The translations under genes and the position numbers were made by a program. This document shows, one piece after another, positions 24,171 to 38,379 of a stretch of DNA of 64,000 nt; positions within the stretch are counted from its first letter, which is position 1, and every line of letters begins with the position of its first letter. Below the pieces are notes generated by a model. That model saw only the letters and a list, made by a program, of their open reading frames with translations, was not told where the DNA came from and did not search any database. The stretch is taken from the NCBI RefSeq assembly GCF_006345805.1, contig NC_043005.1, positions 64,108,001 through 64,172,000 on the forward strand. The letters are read 5' to 3'. Origin of the DNA: Octopus sinensis. Taxonomy: Eukaryota.

Positions 24171-26556
24171 GGAATTTTAGTTGGTTTTAATTTAGAAGAA
24201 GGCTGAAAACATTTCAGTTCTTTCAAACAACTTTGTACAGCTATGTTCCGTCATATATTGTTTCAGTTCAATTGTGTAGGTTAGCATATTTTGGTAAGTG
24301 AAGGACTCCATCAAACATTTAAGTACATTGAACGAAAACAAAGTCTTCAGAAGGACTCCAACACCCAAAACTTTGTAAGACTTAGTGTTACCATTTGTTT
24401 CATATAAGGTTTCCTTTAAATATCCAATTCTGATTTGATTATATTTTTGTTACCTTAATTTTTCATTAATTTCATTTTTTGCTATCTTCTGAAGCTTTCC
24501 GAACAATATTAGAATATTTCACAGACTAATCGGTTAGTTCAAATGAAATGAAATTAAATTTAAATTTTTATTTCAATATAATTAATTTGACTTCTAATGA
24601 AATTTTCACATTTGTGCTAAGGGATTTTTTCGGTCATTTTTTAATGCATATTGCTTTGTGAGTTGTGTATAATTAGGTGTCTATTTTTATCGTTCATTTT
24701 CAAAAAAATTTGCATTGACATTAAAATTGTAAATGAATTGCTTTTATAATTAAATTCTGTACACTTCATTTGATCTCTCGTTTTTGGGACATTTTTTTAA
24801 TATATTTCAAGATAGCAGAAAGGTATTAATAGTAGAATATTATAGTGAAAGTATAGCAGAATTAATTTACATTCCGAATTCAAGATTTCTCCTATTAACA
24901 TATCCTTTGTCTCTCCTGGATTTAATAAAATAAGTTCCAGTAATGTATTGTTAGGTTCATTATATTATATCATTGCATCGCACTACAATTATGCGTCGTA
25001 TATAAAAGTTAGAAATCATAATCACTACGAATTGCGGGCTGGGTTTGTTGGAAGAATAGTTCTACAAACTGAAAAGCTTGGAATAGTTTGTTTTGTATTT
25101 CGATATTCAAGATTTAAATTCTATTTAGTGTGCTATATAGATAAAAAGGAATTGTGCATGCCGACATACATTGCGTGCGACCGAACCTGATTTATAGTCA
25201 TACAAAAAATTATATAATGAATAACATGCAATTTTGTTAATGCATACAAAAAATAACAAATGTTTGCAAACAGTAACAGTAATGAATAAAGAATGAATTA
25301 GCGAGATTTCATAATTTTTAAGTTTATTTGAAAAGGTCGTGTACGAAACCGCTCGCTATGATGCTTGTAAAAGAAAACATTACCGGACAATACCAAAAAT
25401 AAAACACCAAAACAAGAAGTTTTTAAGAACGCACAAAGCACTTAAGTGTACGTGTGTTTCTAAACATGATTTTTATGTGAGAGTGTTTTCATTAGATTCG
25501 CCTAACAATGGAAAAAGTTCTCTGGAGCATGACAAATGTAGATCTTCGAGAGATCTGGTATTATGGAAATCATAATAATGGTTGTCGAGAAGGAAAAAGC
25601 TAAATTGATTAATACGTTACTCGTTTGTTATTGTCTCAATCCCTTGTAAGATGTTCTTGTTTTTGCCGATTAGCTCGATGTCAACCTTGACTGTGTAAAC
25701 TTATGATCAAAAATATTCCAGCCATGATTAATCCGTCTATTTTTAAAGTATTTAGTGCAACATTATTCAAATGTAACTTTCTTTGTTTGAAATGGTTGCG
25801 TTTAATTTCAGGGAGATCTGGTTACCATTTCTAGTTGACTGGGCGTCTATGTAGAGGCTCCTATATTGACTCCTTCATAATGTCATTGTTGCTTGGTCTT
25901 CAAGGAGGAGTAATTTCAGAGATATTCAGTCTGTTGTCATCCTTTCCTTTCAAGCATACATTGGATCATAACAAATGAATTTACGCTTTTTAAGAAGAGT
26001 GTGATATAAGAATCAGATATTACGTCCCACTGGCCAAGTGACTGCAAAGAGGCTTTCCCATTTGGCTATTTAATATGATCTTCATGTTGTTTAGCCCTAA
26101 ATTCAGCAAACATATGATGAAAATATTCCATCCGTGCCCACGCTTATCTAGGATTATCTAATTTTTCCTTTCTCTTTTAAGACCACAGACTAATTTAGAG
26201 ATTCGACATCCCTTCTAAAGAAATACCGAACGAATGGATAAGGAAAGAAAACAGATGGAGAGAGGTAAAAAAATGGAAAGCGAAAAAAGTCGCGACTGGA
26301 TTAACGGTTGAGTATGTGTTATTTTTTGTACAAATTTAAACCATGTATTATATACTCTCATGTTGTCATCCCCGTTTGAGCTTGCCTGGTTAAATTTCCT
26401 TCTATCTTGTACCTTCATCTCTTTTCCTACCTACTTTTCGGATCTTTGCCACTTCTCTTGAAACTCTTTACCACCACTCCACCCGGATTACCAATGGAAT
26501 ATTATACTGCTCGGATTCTACCATCATAGATATTATTGTAGACTGTTCTTGTAAAT

Positions 26557-26643
<87 letters not shown>

Positions 26644-26911
26644 TGCATAAATAGAAACCTTATTATTTCTAAATCTCTCTAAGAGAGATATTCAGTAACA
26701 GTTCTTTAAAGTGAAGACTATTTGCAAACATAATGTGGCTGTCCTGGATGGGATGACAGTTATTGCTGTTTAGCCCCAGGAAACATCGCTTCCAGCTGGC
26801 TATGCAACACAATATCTGTGTCCTTATATTTTCCCATTCAGGACAGCCACGTTATGTCGGCAAAAAGTCTTTATTATATATATACATACATATGTGTGTG
26901 TATGTGCGTAC

Positions 26912-26954
<43 letters not shown>

Positions 26955-27059
26955 TTATAAACGGACAAATATGTATTATCCAAACATATTTGTAGAGAGA
27001 GATTTATGTTTTGTGAATAGGTATACGTGTTTACGTGTTTGTTTGTACGTGTATGCATA

Positions 27060-27402
27060 CTGAGAACCCCTACGGTCATGTCTGACCGTGGGATTGCACC
27101 TAGAATGTTACCCTTCCAGGTACAAGTCCGGGCAAGGTTGTTTATGGAAGACCAGCAGTCGCCCATGCATGTTGGCCGCCTCCCCTCTCCACGCCACCAC
27201 TGTTATCCAAGGGAAAGGCAAAGGGGCCGATACAGCTTGGTACCTGTGACGTCGCAACTCATTTCTGCAGCTGAGTGAACTGGAGCAACGTGAAATAAAG
27301 TGTCTTGCTCAAGAACACAACACGCAGTCCGGTCCGGCATTCGAACTCACAACCTCACGATCTTAAGGTCGACGCTCTAACTACTGAGCCATGCGCCTTC
27401 AC
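27060..27402 (-). mobile_element. SINE family C variant with the same tRNA head and core but a different 3' tail
   Basis: Head GCGCATGGCTCAGTAGTTAGAGCGTCGAC..GTGAGTTCGAATGCCGG; core GTGTTGTGTTCTTGAGCAAGACACTTTATTTCACGTTGCTCCAG. Confidence 0.85.
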
Positions 27403-27849
27403 ATGTGTATGCATATGGCATATGCATGTGGGTATTTATGTGTATGAATGCTAAATATGAGTACCTTTGTCCCCATCATTGTCCCGAACCCCTAAAATTT
27501 ACAGAGCCAGTCTCTTTCTCTATCATATCGTCTGATCACGTTCTTTAACTCAGTGCCTCATCTAATCAACGTAACTTACATCAACTCAACGCATAACAAC
27601 TTGTGTAACTCGATAATCATCGCCATCGATAAGCATCACAAATATATACAAATATTGAACAACTTTGCGCACTTCCGCAGCAAACATGCATCAAGTACGC
27701 TTGTATTTTTAGAATGGTGTCATATCAATACGCACTATCACACACATGTACATGCGTATCTGATTCTAATCACATGCTTTCGTGTGTCAGCATGCATATA
27801 TATGTGCACACGTTATATGTATATGTATATATGCGCATATATTAATTAT

Positions 27850-28410
<561 letters not shown>

Positions 28411-28879
28411 AGATGTGTGTGTTTGGGTGTTTGCAATATTAAGTATTATAGCTCGGTAAACATCATTTTGAGATTAAAAGAACAGAACAACAAGCCCATT
28501 AACGGAAATCGAACGAAATATCTAGCAGTTTATGGTGCTTTCCTGCTATTTGTTATGTCACATTAAACATTCTTTGTCGTCTCCTTCACCATTACCTATA
28601 AATTTCTACCTGTATACAATCAAAAATATTTACCTGAGCTTGTTTGGGAATTTGCCTGTCAGCAATTTAGTTGAAGGTGTGTTTAAGAATTCCTCTTTGT
28701 AGTTTGTTAGCTTCGTAACTATGGATCACCTTACTCGATTCTACTGCGCAGGTGTTCGGGTAAGTGTTTTGTACAACAGCCTTCGGGTTGACTCACGAGT
28801 TTAAAGGATAACTTGGAAGCTGGAAACTCTGTGAAAATTCCACTCAATGTACGAATATACATAAATACACATACCTAAA

Positions 28880-29100
28880 TACGAGCAGTACTGAAAAGTT
28901 CTTGGTTTTAAGGGTGCCGCAAAAAGCCTAGCTGGAGGCCCAGTCTTCGAGATTTATTACAGAGCTTAGAAAAGCTGAAGGACCGCTGCAATGAATGTGT
29001 GAATCTAAGAGGGAAATATGATTTTAAAAATCATAATGAACTGATTCCCCTGCACTTTGTTCTATCAAAAGCCAGGAACATTTCAGCACCCCAACTCGTT
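28880..29100 (+). mobile_element. Internally deleted mariner (MITE-like)
   Basis: TA-CGAGCAGTACTGAAAAGTTCTTGGTTTT vs AAAGCCAGGAACATTTCAGCACCCCAACTCGT; internal GLRKAEGPLQ/CVNLRGKY-like mariner C-terminus remnant. Confidence 0.7.
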
Positions 29101-29220
29101 CTTGGTTCTTGGTTCAGTCCCACTGCGTGTCACATCGAGAAAGTGAGTTCTATTATAGCCCCGGATCGACCAAAGCCATATCAGTGAATTTAGTAGATGG
29201 AAACTGAAAGAAGCCCGTCG

Positions 29221-29302
<82 letters not shown>

Positions 29303-29500
29303 TATGTTCCTCTTTGTCCCCATCAACGCTTGAAGAATGGTATTGGTTTGTTTACGTCCCCGTGACTTAACGATTCGAAGAAACTATCAGACTTAAAAAT
29401 AAAATAAAACAGGGTCTATTCGATTGACTAAATCATTCAAGTCGGTGCACCAGCATGGTCGCAGATTAATGACTGAGACAGGTAAAAAGATAAAAGATAC
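29100..29500 (+). mobile_element. SINE family B with internal (GATA)n
   Basis: GGTTCAGTCCCACTGCGTG...GGAAACTGAAAGAAGCCCGTCG...CCAGCATGGTCGCAG. Confidence 0.8.
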
Positions 29501-29563
29501 ACAGTGTGTGAGTGTGTGTGAGTGTGTGTGTGTGTATGTGTGTGTGTGTGTGTGTGTGGTGTG

Positions 29564-29596
<33 letters not shown>

Positions 29597-29914
29597 TAGT
29601 GTGCGTGTGTTTTCCATAATGAAACGATGCATTTTTAACGTAAGTGCGTAGGACTGGAATAAGCACATTCAGTAAAGAAAATTTCTAGTATATAAACATG
29701 GTCAATTGTCCATCACTATGAGGTATCCTCTATGTATATATGTGTATGCATGTGTGAATGTATGTGTATACATATATATTTATATGTATGTATGTGTGTA
29801 GGTATATTTGTCTGTCTGTATTTATGTATGTTTGTATGTATATGTGTGTATATATGTTATAAACATCAAAACTTCTAAGAACCCATAAGTCATATGATCG
29901 TATAATCAATTTAC

Positions 29915-30088
29915 AATATTATAGATCCGCTTCAGCCAATTTCACCAATCGGTTTCGCACTGGGTATTAAATAACCGGATATTAGATAGCAGCAAGGTTA
30001 ATGCCACGTGCTGGTATCTAATATCCGCTTATTTAACACCTATTGCGAAACCGATTGGTAACATCGGCTGAAATGGATCTATAATATT
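29915..30088. repeat. 174-bp imperfect palindrome (MITE or fold-back insert)
   Basis: AATATTATAGATCC...CCAATCGGTTTCGCA...CGGATATTAGATA.CAGCA mirrored by TGCTGGTATCTAATATCCG...TGCGAAACCGATTGG...GGATCTATAATATT. Confidence 0.85.
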
Positions 30089-30314
30089 ATATACATTGAT
30101 TTATATTTTTATATATATATATATATATCAGACGTGGATGAATAGTAAGAAATTTGCTTCTCAACCACATGGTTCCAGTTTCAGTCCCACTGCGGGGCAT
30201 CATGAGCAAATGTTCCCTACTATAGCCTCGTGCCGACCAAAGCCTTGTGAGTTGATTTGGTGGGGGGAAGCTGAAAGAATCCCGTGATGTATAATCATTA
30301 TACTTCACACATAT

Positions 30315-30885
30315 ATAGTGTGTTTTGCTTATAAGTCGATTTGATGCAGACTAGCCCAGGATAACATCCGAATGTCCTTGACTAGTCGAGATGACTCGCC
30401 CTCGATTGAATTCAGGAGTGGTAGATGCCGATATTTCGCCATTGTTGCGTCTTATCAATATTATGCGTCTGAATCGAACCAAAACGAATAAGCCCCCGTG
30501 GTCTATAGCATACAGGTGTGCTTTAACACTCAGTGTTGTCAAGGGAGCCACCCCAGACGCTATCCCGCAGCAAGTCGGCTTATAAATAAAACATATACAC
30601 TATGTCTGTGCCATCGATGCTGTTCACATTACCACAGCTACTTTTAATTCGTAATCTAATTTTCTTTCACATGTGCTTAGCCGTGACACATCAGCAAGTT
30701 GTCTTCACTCCATTTGTTCATATGTCGTAGACCAGGAGAGTGATTCGTTTTGGTTCGATTCAGATGCGTATATTCATAAGCCACGATGACGTCGAAATAC
30801 TTCTATTTACCGCTCCTGAATTTGATCCGTGTCGTGTTATGTTGGTTGGTCTATGACATTCAAGTGTTCTTTAACACTCAGTGTT
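30315..30885. mobile_element. MITE (30315-30603, ~33-bp TIRs) plus an inverted partial copy (30720-30885), nested in a family B SINE (30130-30290, 30890-30980)
   Basis: ATAGTGTGTTTTGCTTATAAGTCGATTTG vs CAAGTCGGCTTATAAATAAAACATATACACTAT; TCTGAATCGAACCAAAACGAAT vs ATTCGTTTTGGTTCGATTCAGA. Confidence 0.7.
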
Positions 30886-31019
30886 AAATTACAGTCTATT
30901 CATTCGATTAAAATTTCCAAGGGTAGTGCTCCAGCATGGCCGCAGTCTAAAGACTGAAACAAGTAAAAACAAAAAAAGAAAAATCTGATGACAGCAACGA
31001 TGCAGACTAACCGTCGTGC

Positions 31020-31194
31020 TATAGCACTGCCTTCAAGAGTTTACTCGCACAGATCACCCCCCAATAGATATTTTTAAATTTTGATACTTGGTCTACTGAT
31101 TTCCTTTGCTGAACGGTTAAGTTACCTAAACAAACCAGCAAGTGTTGTCAACCGGTAGTGAGGAACAAACACAAACACAAAAACACACAGATAA

Positions 31195-31267
<73 letters not shown>

Positions 31268-31780
31268 CAGACAGAAAAATGCGTGTGTATGTAAGTGTGT
31301 ATGTATTATATATATATATATATATATGGAACAAAAACGCAATAGAGGGCATTAAAACGTTCGGACAGATAGACGATACAAAGGCGGACAAGAGAAACAA
31401 CAATTAGAAGGACAGGCAAAAAAAGACGGGTCATTCTTGGCTTTCTTCCATCAGTCAAGTCCCAGAAGTTATGACCATTTCGGGCAGTTACACTTGAGAT
31501 GGTTCGATCTGGTTGCCGCCCACCCCAAAAAAATTCTAAGCTAAACGCATTAGAGCCCTTTGTAAGAAAGCCAGCGGATGTGTACGGCAACAAAGACAAA
31601 AAAATGCTTTTATCTATTTCAGTCTACTTATTCCACTCTCAAGGCTTTGGGTAGCCCGTTGCTATAGCAGAAAAAAACACTTATCCTAGGAGTCACGCAG
31701 TGGGTCTGAACTCGGAATCATGTGTGGTATATAATGTTTGCTTCCCAAAGCAAACTTTTTACTACACAGCCATTCCTGCG
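31020..31780 (-). mobile_element. SINE family B interrupted by (GATA)n, (TA)n and an unrelated insert (31328-31600)
   Basis: SINE pieces at 31020-31190 and 31610-31780. Confidence 0.7.
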
Positions 31781-31912
31781 CCAGTTGATAGTTAGATAGA
31801 TAGATAAAGAGAGAGAGAGATACATACTTACATACATACACACACACATACATACATACATTCATACATACATGCATACATTTATGCACGCATACATACA
31901 TACATACATACA

Positions 31913-31948
<36 letters not shown>

Positions 31949-32061
31949 TATATGTATGTATGTATGTATGAGAGAGAGAGATACATACTTACATACATAC
32001 ACACACACATACATACATTCATACATACATACATACATTTATGCACGCATACATACATACA

Positions 32062-32097
<36 letters not shown>

Positions 32098-32099
32098 TA

Positions 32100-32161
<62 letters not shown>

Positions 32162-32163
<2 letters not shown>

Positions 32164-32598
32164 AGGGTACACGTGTCTGTGGAGTGCTCAGCCACTTACA
32201 CGTTAATTTCACGAGCAGGCTGTTCCGTTGATCGGATCAACCGGAACCCTCGTCGTCGTAACCGACGGAGTGCTTGCATCCATATATATATGCTCGTGAA
32301 ATTAACGTGTAAGTGGCTGAGCACTCCACAGACACGTGTACCCTTAACGTAGTTCTCGGGGATATTCAGCGTGACACAGAGAGTGACAATGCCGGCCCTT
32401 TGAAATACAGGTACAACAGAAACAGGAAGTAAGAGTGAGAGAAAGTTGTGGTGAAAGAGTACAGCAGGGATCACCACCATCCCTGCCGGAACCTCGTGGA
32501 GCTTTAGGTGTTTTCGCTCAATAAACACTCACAACGCCCGGTCTGGGAATCGAAACCGACCGCGAATCCGCTGCCCTAACCACTGGGCCATTGCGCCT

Positions 32599-32600
<2 letters not shown>
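32162..32600 (-). mobile_element. Young family C-related SINE with its 3' part inverted and a 56-bp perfect inverted duplication
   Basis: Head GGCGCAATGGCCCAGTGGTTAGGGCAGCGG..GGTTTCGATTCCC at 32600-32545; 32162-32217 is the exact reverse complement of 32291-32346. Confidence 0.88.
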
Positions 32601-32680
<80 letters not shown>

Positions 32681-33342
32681 ACATGCATACTCATGTGTAG
32701 AATATATGTATGTGTGTGTATGTGTGTGTGTACAGTCACCTCTTTTAATATGTGTGTGTATAGAGAGAGAGAGGCAACAAGGATATACATATAAGAGAGA
32801 GATCTTAAATGAAACATTGACAATATGTTTGTATAGTGTAGGTTTCTCATTCTAATCTTGTTTACAATCTCTTATTATCTATGTTTTCAACTTGTAAAAA
32901 AAAGTAGTTTTAAGTCATTCATTTATCAGACCCAGGTGATTAAGAGCTACTCACGAATTATAAACATAATTAAGTAAAACACACCATTAGATTCTCTCAT
33001 CAACTGAATACTTATGAGAGTCTGAGCGTTTCAGAGACAGATGTCATGTTAAATTGAGTGAAGATATTCTATCTTGCGCGATATTAAGACACTCGTTTGC
33101 CTTCGAGTTACATCTTACGCTTCTAAACACTTAGAATTTGGCGCTACTACCTTCGTCGGTATAGAACTATACCAAGTTCTTTAGCTGAAGATTAGTCTTT
33201 GTAGGAGCAGACTAGGCCATGATGATGATGTTGATGATGATGATGATGATGAGGAGGAGGAGGAGGAGGATGTGGAGTAGGAAGTATGTACATATATGTA
33301 TGTATATATGCATATATTTATATATTATTTATATTATATATG

Positions 33343-33380
<38 letters not shown>

Positions 33381-33519
33381 GTATATATATATAAATATAT
33401 GTATATATATATAAATATATATACAAACATATATACAAACACACAAACCGACAAACGTACATATAAACATACCTACATGCATACATACGTACTTACATAC
33501 ATACGTACATTCATACTCG

Positions 33520-34085
33520 AATATCTCAGAGAAAACTCCAATAAAATGCAAATAATCAAATAGATCAAACAATGATTTGGGACAGAGAAGAGAAACTATA
33601 TACTGTGGTGGAAACCAGTTGCCCAGTGGATAGCAACACAATGCTCGAGTTGAGCTTAAAAGAAAATATCTAAACTATTGAGACTTATAGTTCTCCTACC
33701 CGAATTACAAGTTCAGATTGATACTTATAATTATTGGCACTAGGATATGTAACCAATCTGCACTAATCTTGAGAGATTAGGCTTCTCAAAATTAGAAAGG
33801 GGAAAGCTAATTTTGAAGACTACTGATTCAAACCTTCAATGGAACTATCGAAATCTGTATAACTTCCCAAAAGCTTAGCACATGCAACTATATACAGGAG
33901 AATACATACGTAAAATATACAAAGCTGCATATGCACTGACTCTAAATATATACCCACAAACATGCACAAATGCATTGCTGATGTTGCTTACAATTCCAAT
34001 GAAGAAACTTTGAATTTAGGCTAGAAAGCGGTTCGTTCTCTACTGGCAAGAAATCTAGAAATAAAACTGAATGATAATACACACA
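33520..34085 (+). mobile_element. R4/Dong-like RLE LINE, decayed 3' fragment
   Basis: Homologous to 61740-61980 and 57222-57760 (ELLR.L..L.P.YKF, IIGTLGYV, LEKLGFSK); same 3' UTR GGCAAGAAATCT.GAAATAAAACTGAAT. Confidence 0.8.
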
Positions 34086-34530
34086 GATCACGCAGTATAC
34101 TTAGACTCTCAGTAAAACTAGTGGAGTTCATTCAGATATAGGCCAATCTGAAATCTTAAGTATAACACGCTAATCTATTAAGTACGTAAAATATTTAATT
34201 AGTCTGCCAAAGTTCAGATTCCTCATATCACGCAGAGACACTAAAAGAGCAACAGATGGAGAGATAATGAGAGGAGGAAGCGCAAACAATATCGGCACTA
34301 ATTGTTTGATTATGATAATTGATATAATTTTGAACAAGCTGAATAATTCATCAAGCACAATATATTTCTATCGTTATATCTATTTATACAGATATATAGA
34401 CAGACATATAGATCTATATATGTGTGGGTGTTTGTGTGTGTGTGTGTGTGTGCGTGCTTGCGTGTGTGTGTGTGTGTGTCTGTCTGTCTACATACACACT
34501 GTTTTTATATTCATAGGTAAGTGTTTTAAA

Positions 34531-34765
34531 GGCGGCGAGCTGGCAGAAGCGTTAGCACGCTGGGCGAAATGCTCAGCGGTATTTCGTCTGCCGTTACGTT
34601 CTGAGTTCAAATTCCGCCGAGGTCGACGTTGCCTTTCATCCTTTCGGGGCCGATTAAATAAGTACCAGTTACGCACTGGGGTTGATATAATCGACTTAAT
34701 CCGTTTGTCTGTCCTTGTTTGTCCTCTCTCTCTCTGTGTTAGCCCCTTGTGGGTAGTAAAGAAAA
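34531..34765 (+). mobile_element. SINE family A, near-intact, with a 15-bp target-site duplication
   Basis: GGCGGCGAGCTGGCAGAAGCGTTAGCACGC head; AGGTAAGTGTTTTAA at 34515-34529 and 34766-34780. Confidence 0.92.
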
Positions 34766-34784
34766 AGGTAAGTGTTTTAATGCT

Positions 34785-35275
34785 TCGATTATTAGGACAG
34801 CCTTAAAGCATTGAAACTCTATTCTCTCCAGCGCCGCTGTGAGCGATACATCATTTGTACTATGTGGAGAATATACCACCAGCAGTGCCCAAGTGACTTC
34901 AACATTAGCTTCAAAATTCATCCAAGGCTAGAACCATGGGCCACACATGCCCTACCCAATTCAGGATCGCACTACATATATACACTGCAGCACAATTTCT
35001 TTTCCTCAACAGGCTCTAACCTATTTAACATTGTCCCGAAACAGATCAAAGAGGAAAAGGATCACATAACGTTTAAACGGAATCTGGACGAAATTATCCA
35101 AGGATTAGCAGATAAGCCACCTATACCTGGATAAAACTCACTCAACAAGAACTCCATACTCAAATGGACCATGATACCACAAAACTTGACTTAAAAAGGA
35201 TGTAGATAATCCTAACAGGAAGTGCTATTGAGTTAGACATGGCCTGGACCAATCTTTGGTCGAAACATTTAAGTT
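34785..35275 (+). mobile_element. CR1-group LINE 3' fragment
   Basis: LKALKLYSLQRRCERYIICTMWRI...GSNLFNIVPKQIK...FKRNLDEIIQGLADKPPIPG, a typical CR1-type ORF2 C-terminus. Confidence 0.82.
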
Positions 35276-35292
35276 ATCTAAGTTTTATATAT

Positions 35293-35675
35293 AGGCGCAG
35301 GAGTGGCTGTGTAGTAAGTAGCGTACTTACCAACCAAATGGTCCCGGGTTCAGTCCCACTGCGTGGCACCTTGGAAGAGTGTCTTCTACTATAGCCTCGA
35401 GCCGACCAAAGCCTTGTGAATGGATTTGGTAGACGGAAACTGAAACCCCGTCGTATATGTGTGTCTGTTTTTGTGTGTCTGTACTTGTCCCCCAACATCG
35501 CTTGGCAACCTATGCTGGTGTGTTTACGTCCCCATCACTTAGTGGTTCGCTAAAAGTGACCGATAGAATAAGTATTAGGCTTACAAAGTCCTGGGGTCGA
35601 TTCCTTCGACTAAAGGCGATGCTCCAGCATGGCCGCAGTCAAATGACTGAAACAAGTAAAAGAGAGTAAAGAGTA
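35293..35675 (+). mobile_element. SINE family B, full length
   Basis: GGCGCAGGAGTGGCTGTGTAGTAAG head to GACTGAAACAAGTAAAAGAG tail. Confidence 0.92.
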
Positions 35676-36012
35676 TATGTGTGCATATGTGTGTGTGTAT
35701 TATGTATATATGTAGAGATGTGTGGTTTAGTATTTACAGGTATCGCAATGATAGGTGTAACATTGTGGGTTCGATTCCTGGAGAAGGCAAATTGTTGTGT
35801 TCTTCATTTCAACCTGCTTCAGTCCATTCAGCTGGTAACCAAACGGCGTCTAGTGGGAATATATAGGCCACTGAAAACACAAAACTGACCTTACGAGCCT
35901 ATGGTTCTGGAAATAACTTTCTTTCTTAGATTTTATATATACTCAAGTCACCGTATCAACATATATATATGCGTGTGTGTGTGTGTGTATGTGTGTGTGT
36001 GTTTGTGTGTGT

Positions 36013-36077
<65 letters not shown>

Positions 36078-36080
<3 letters not shown>

Positions 36081-36810
36081 TGGGTTGTCCGGAAAGTTCG
36101 TGCCGATTTTTAAAGGAAAGAAAAGGTCAATAAATATTTGCCATAACATTTTCAATCAACCAAATATGAAACATTTTGTTGCACTATGCATCTCCATCTT
36201 TCCTTTAAATTGAAAATACCCGCTTCCCAGAATTGAGGTGGTTTCATGGCAAAGAATTCATCAAGGTGTCTTTTTACATCATCCAAGGAATTGAAATTTT
36301 TACCATTAAGACTATTCTGCAGAGACCTGAATAAGTGGAAATCGGAAGGAGCAATATCTAGTGAATATGGAGGGTGTGGTAACACATCCCAGCTGAGCTG
36401 CAGCAATTTTTGTCTGGTTCCCAAAGAATCGTACGGTCTTGCATTATCATGTTGGAAAACAACACCCATCCTGTTGATCAATTCTGTACGTTTCTCTTGA
36501 ATTGCTGCTTTTAACTCGTCCAGTTGTGTGCCGTATTTCTCAGAATTAATTGTGTGGTTACTTGGGAGTAACAGAATTACATAGTACAGAATTACTTTCC
36601 AATCCCACCAGACACAAAGCAAGACTTTTTTAGGGTGAAGACCCGCTTTTGGAGTGGCTAAGGGTGGCTCATGTCGCTTACTCTAGGATCACTTTCTCTG
36701 AACATTTCGGTAGATAATCCATTTCTCATCACCTGTCGCAATTTGCTTTAAAAAAGGCGCGTTTTCATTCCGTTTATAAGGCGAATCATAGATGGAAAGG
36801 CGATCCATTA
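36078..36810 (-). mobile_element. Mariner (DD34D) transposon 3' half, transposase pseudogene
   Basis: ORF 36152-36622: MLCVWWD, HDNARPY, LPHPPYSLDIAPSDFHLF; TIR TA-TTGGGTTGTCCGGAAAGTTCGTGCCGATTT at 36078; 5' part lost at (TA)n. Confidence 0.95.
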
Positions 36811-37623
36811 ATATATATATATATATATATTATATATAAAGAGAGAGAGAGACAAGACACTTGTGTAAGGTGTTACATAGCGGGACCTGTTCCACTAAAA
36901 TCCTTCAAGATGGCGTGCCAGCATGACCGTGGTCAAATAACTGAAAGAAGTAAAAGATAAAACGATGTCATGCTAACAATACGAGATATCACGTAATCCA
37001 TGGCAAAATCCGAATTCAAGGAAAATGGTGATGACCTCCATCAACAATAATTAGTCTATAGGAAACACCAATATTCTATATATCCTAATCAAGCGGAAAA
37101 GTTTCCTACACACATATATAATGGGGTGAAGAAGGCCTTCGCTATGAACATTCTCATCACTTTATCATAATTCAGAACATCTTCGCCATCCTTTAATCAA
37201 GCTATAAATGTATCAGATATTGATCTGGCTGTATTTTGATCCATTTCGTTACTAACATCTTAAATCTAGCTTTTACTTCACACCTCTAAGCATAAAGAGG
37301 TCTTGATACATGGAAGGAAATTTAGCAAATATATTTTCCTTCCTTAGTAAAAGGGGGTATCATGACCGCTGCTCATATTCTTCTAAAGACAGAATATACG
37401 CTAACCTATTTAATGCATTAATGGAATTTCCATCGATCACTTAACCGAATATATGTGCGCATGGCTGCCCTTACGTCTTTGTGTGTATATGGAATATGTG
37501 CATGTAAACGCATATCTACTCACACACAGAAACACACACACACACAGAAACACACACACACAGACACACACACACATGTATGTATAGGTATGATTATAAA
37601 TGTAAGTCTGTATATGAAGGGTG

Positions 37624-37673
<50 letters not shown>

Positions 37674-38005
37674 ATATACATAAAAATATTTATACATAGA
37701 TATGTATACACACATGCATATATAAATGTAAGTGTGTGTACATGTGTATATATATATATATATAACCAATTCTGTCTGTATATACGAACGAACACATGTT
37801 TACGTATGTCTTTCTTTGAATGCAAAAATAAGCGTAACTGTATGATAGGAAATTTTCGTCCTAACCACGTGGTTTCAGGTTCATGCATATCTATATGCAT
37901 ACACATATGAATATATACATACGGGTATATACATGCACGCATGCACACACACACATATGTGCATTCATGAAAGTGTATGTATGAATATATATACGTGTAG
38001 GTATT

Positions 38006-38050
<45 letters not shown>

Positions 38051-38379
38051 TATATATATATATACACATATATATATATATATATAATATATATATATAT
38101 ACATACATATATTATATATACATATATATATATACATACATATATATATACATATTAAAACTACAGTACGATACATCACGTATTCACCTTAACACAGCTT
38201 TAACAACGAGCGAAATCATAGAAGCTGTATATCGCTTTAGTGAACTGCGAATAGGCTTTCAATAGAATCGAAATGAACGCAGTGCTAAAATCACTGGAAA
38301 TGCAAAGAGTTGGGGCACAATACACGAAAATGCTCAGGAATGCACCACTAATGTAGCTCTATTATTATCATCTGTAAGA

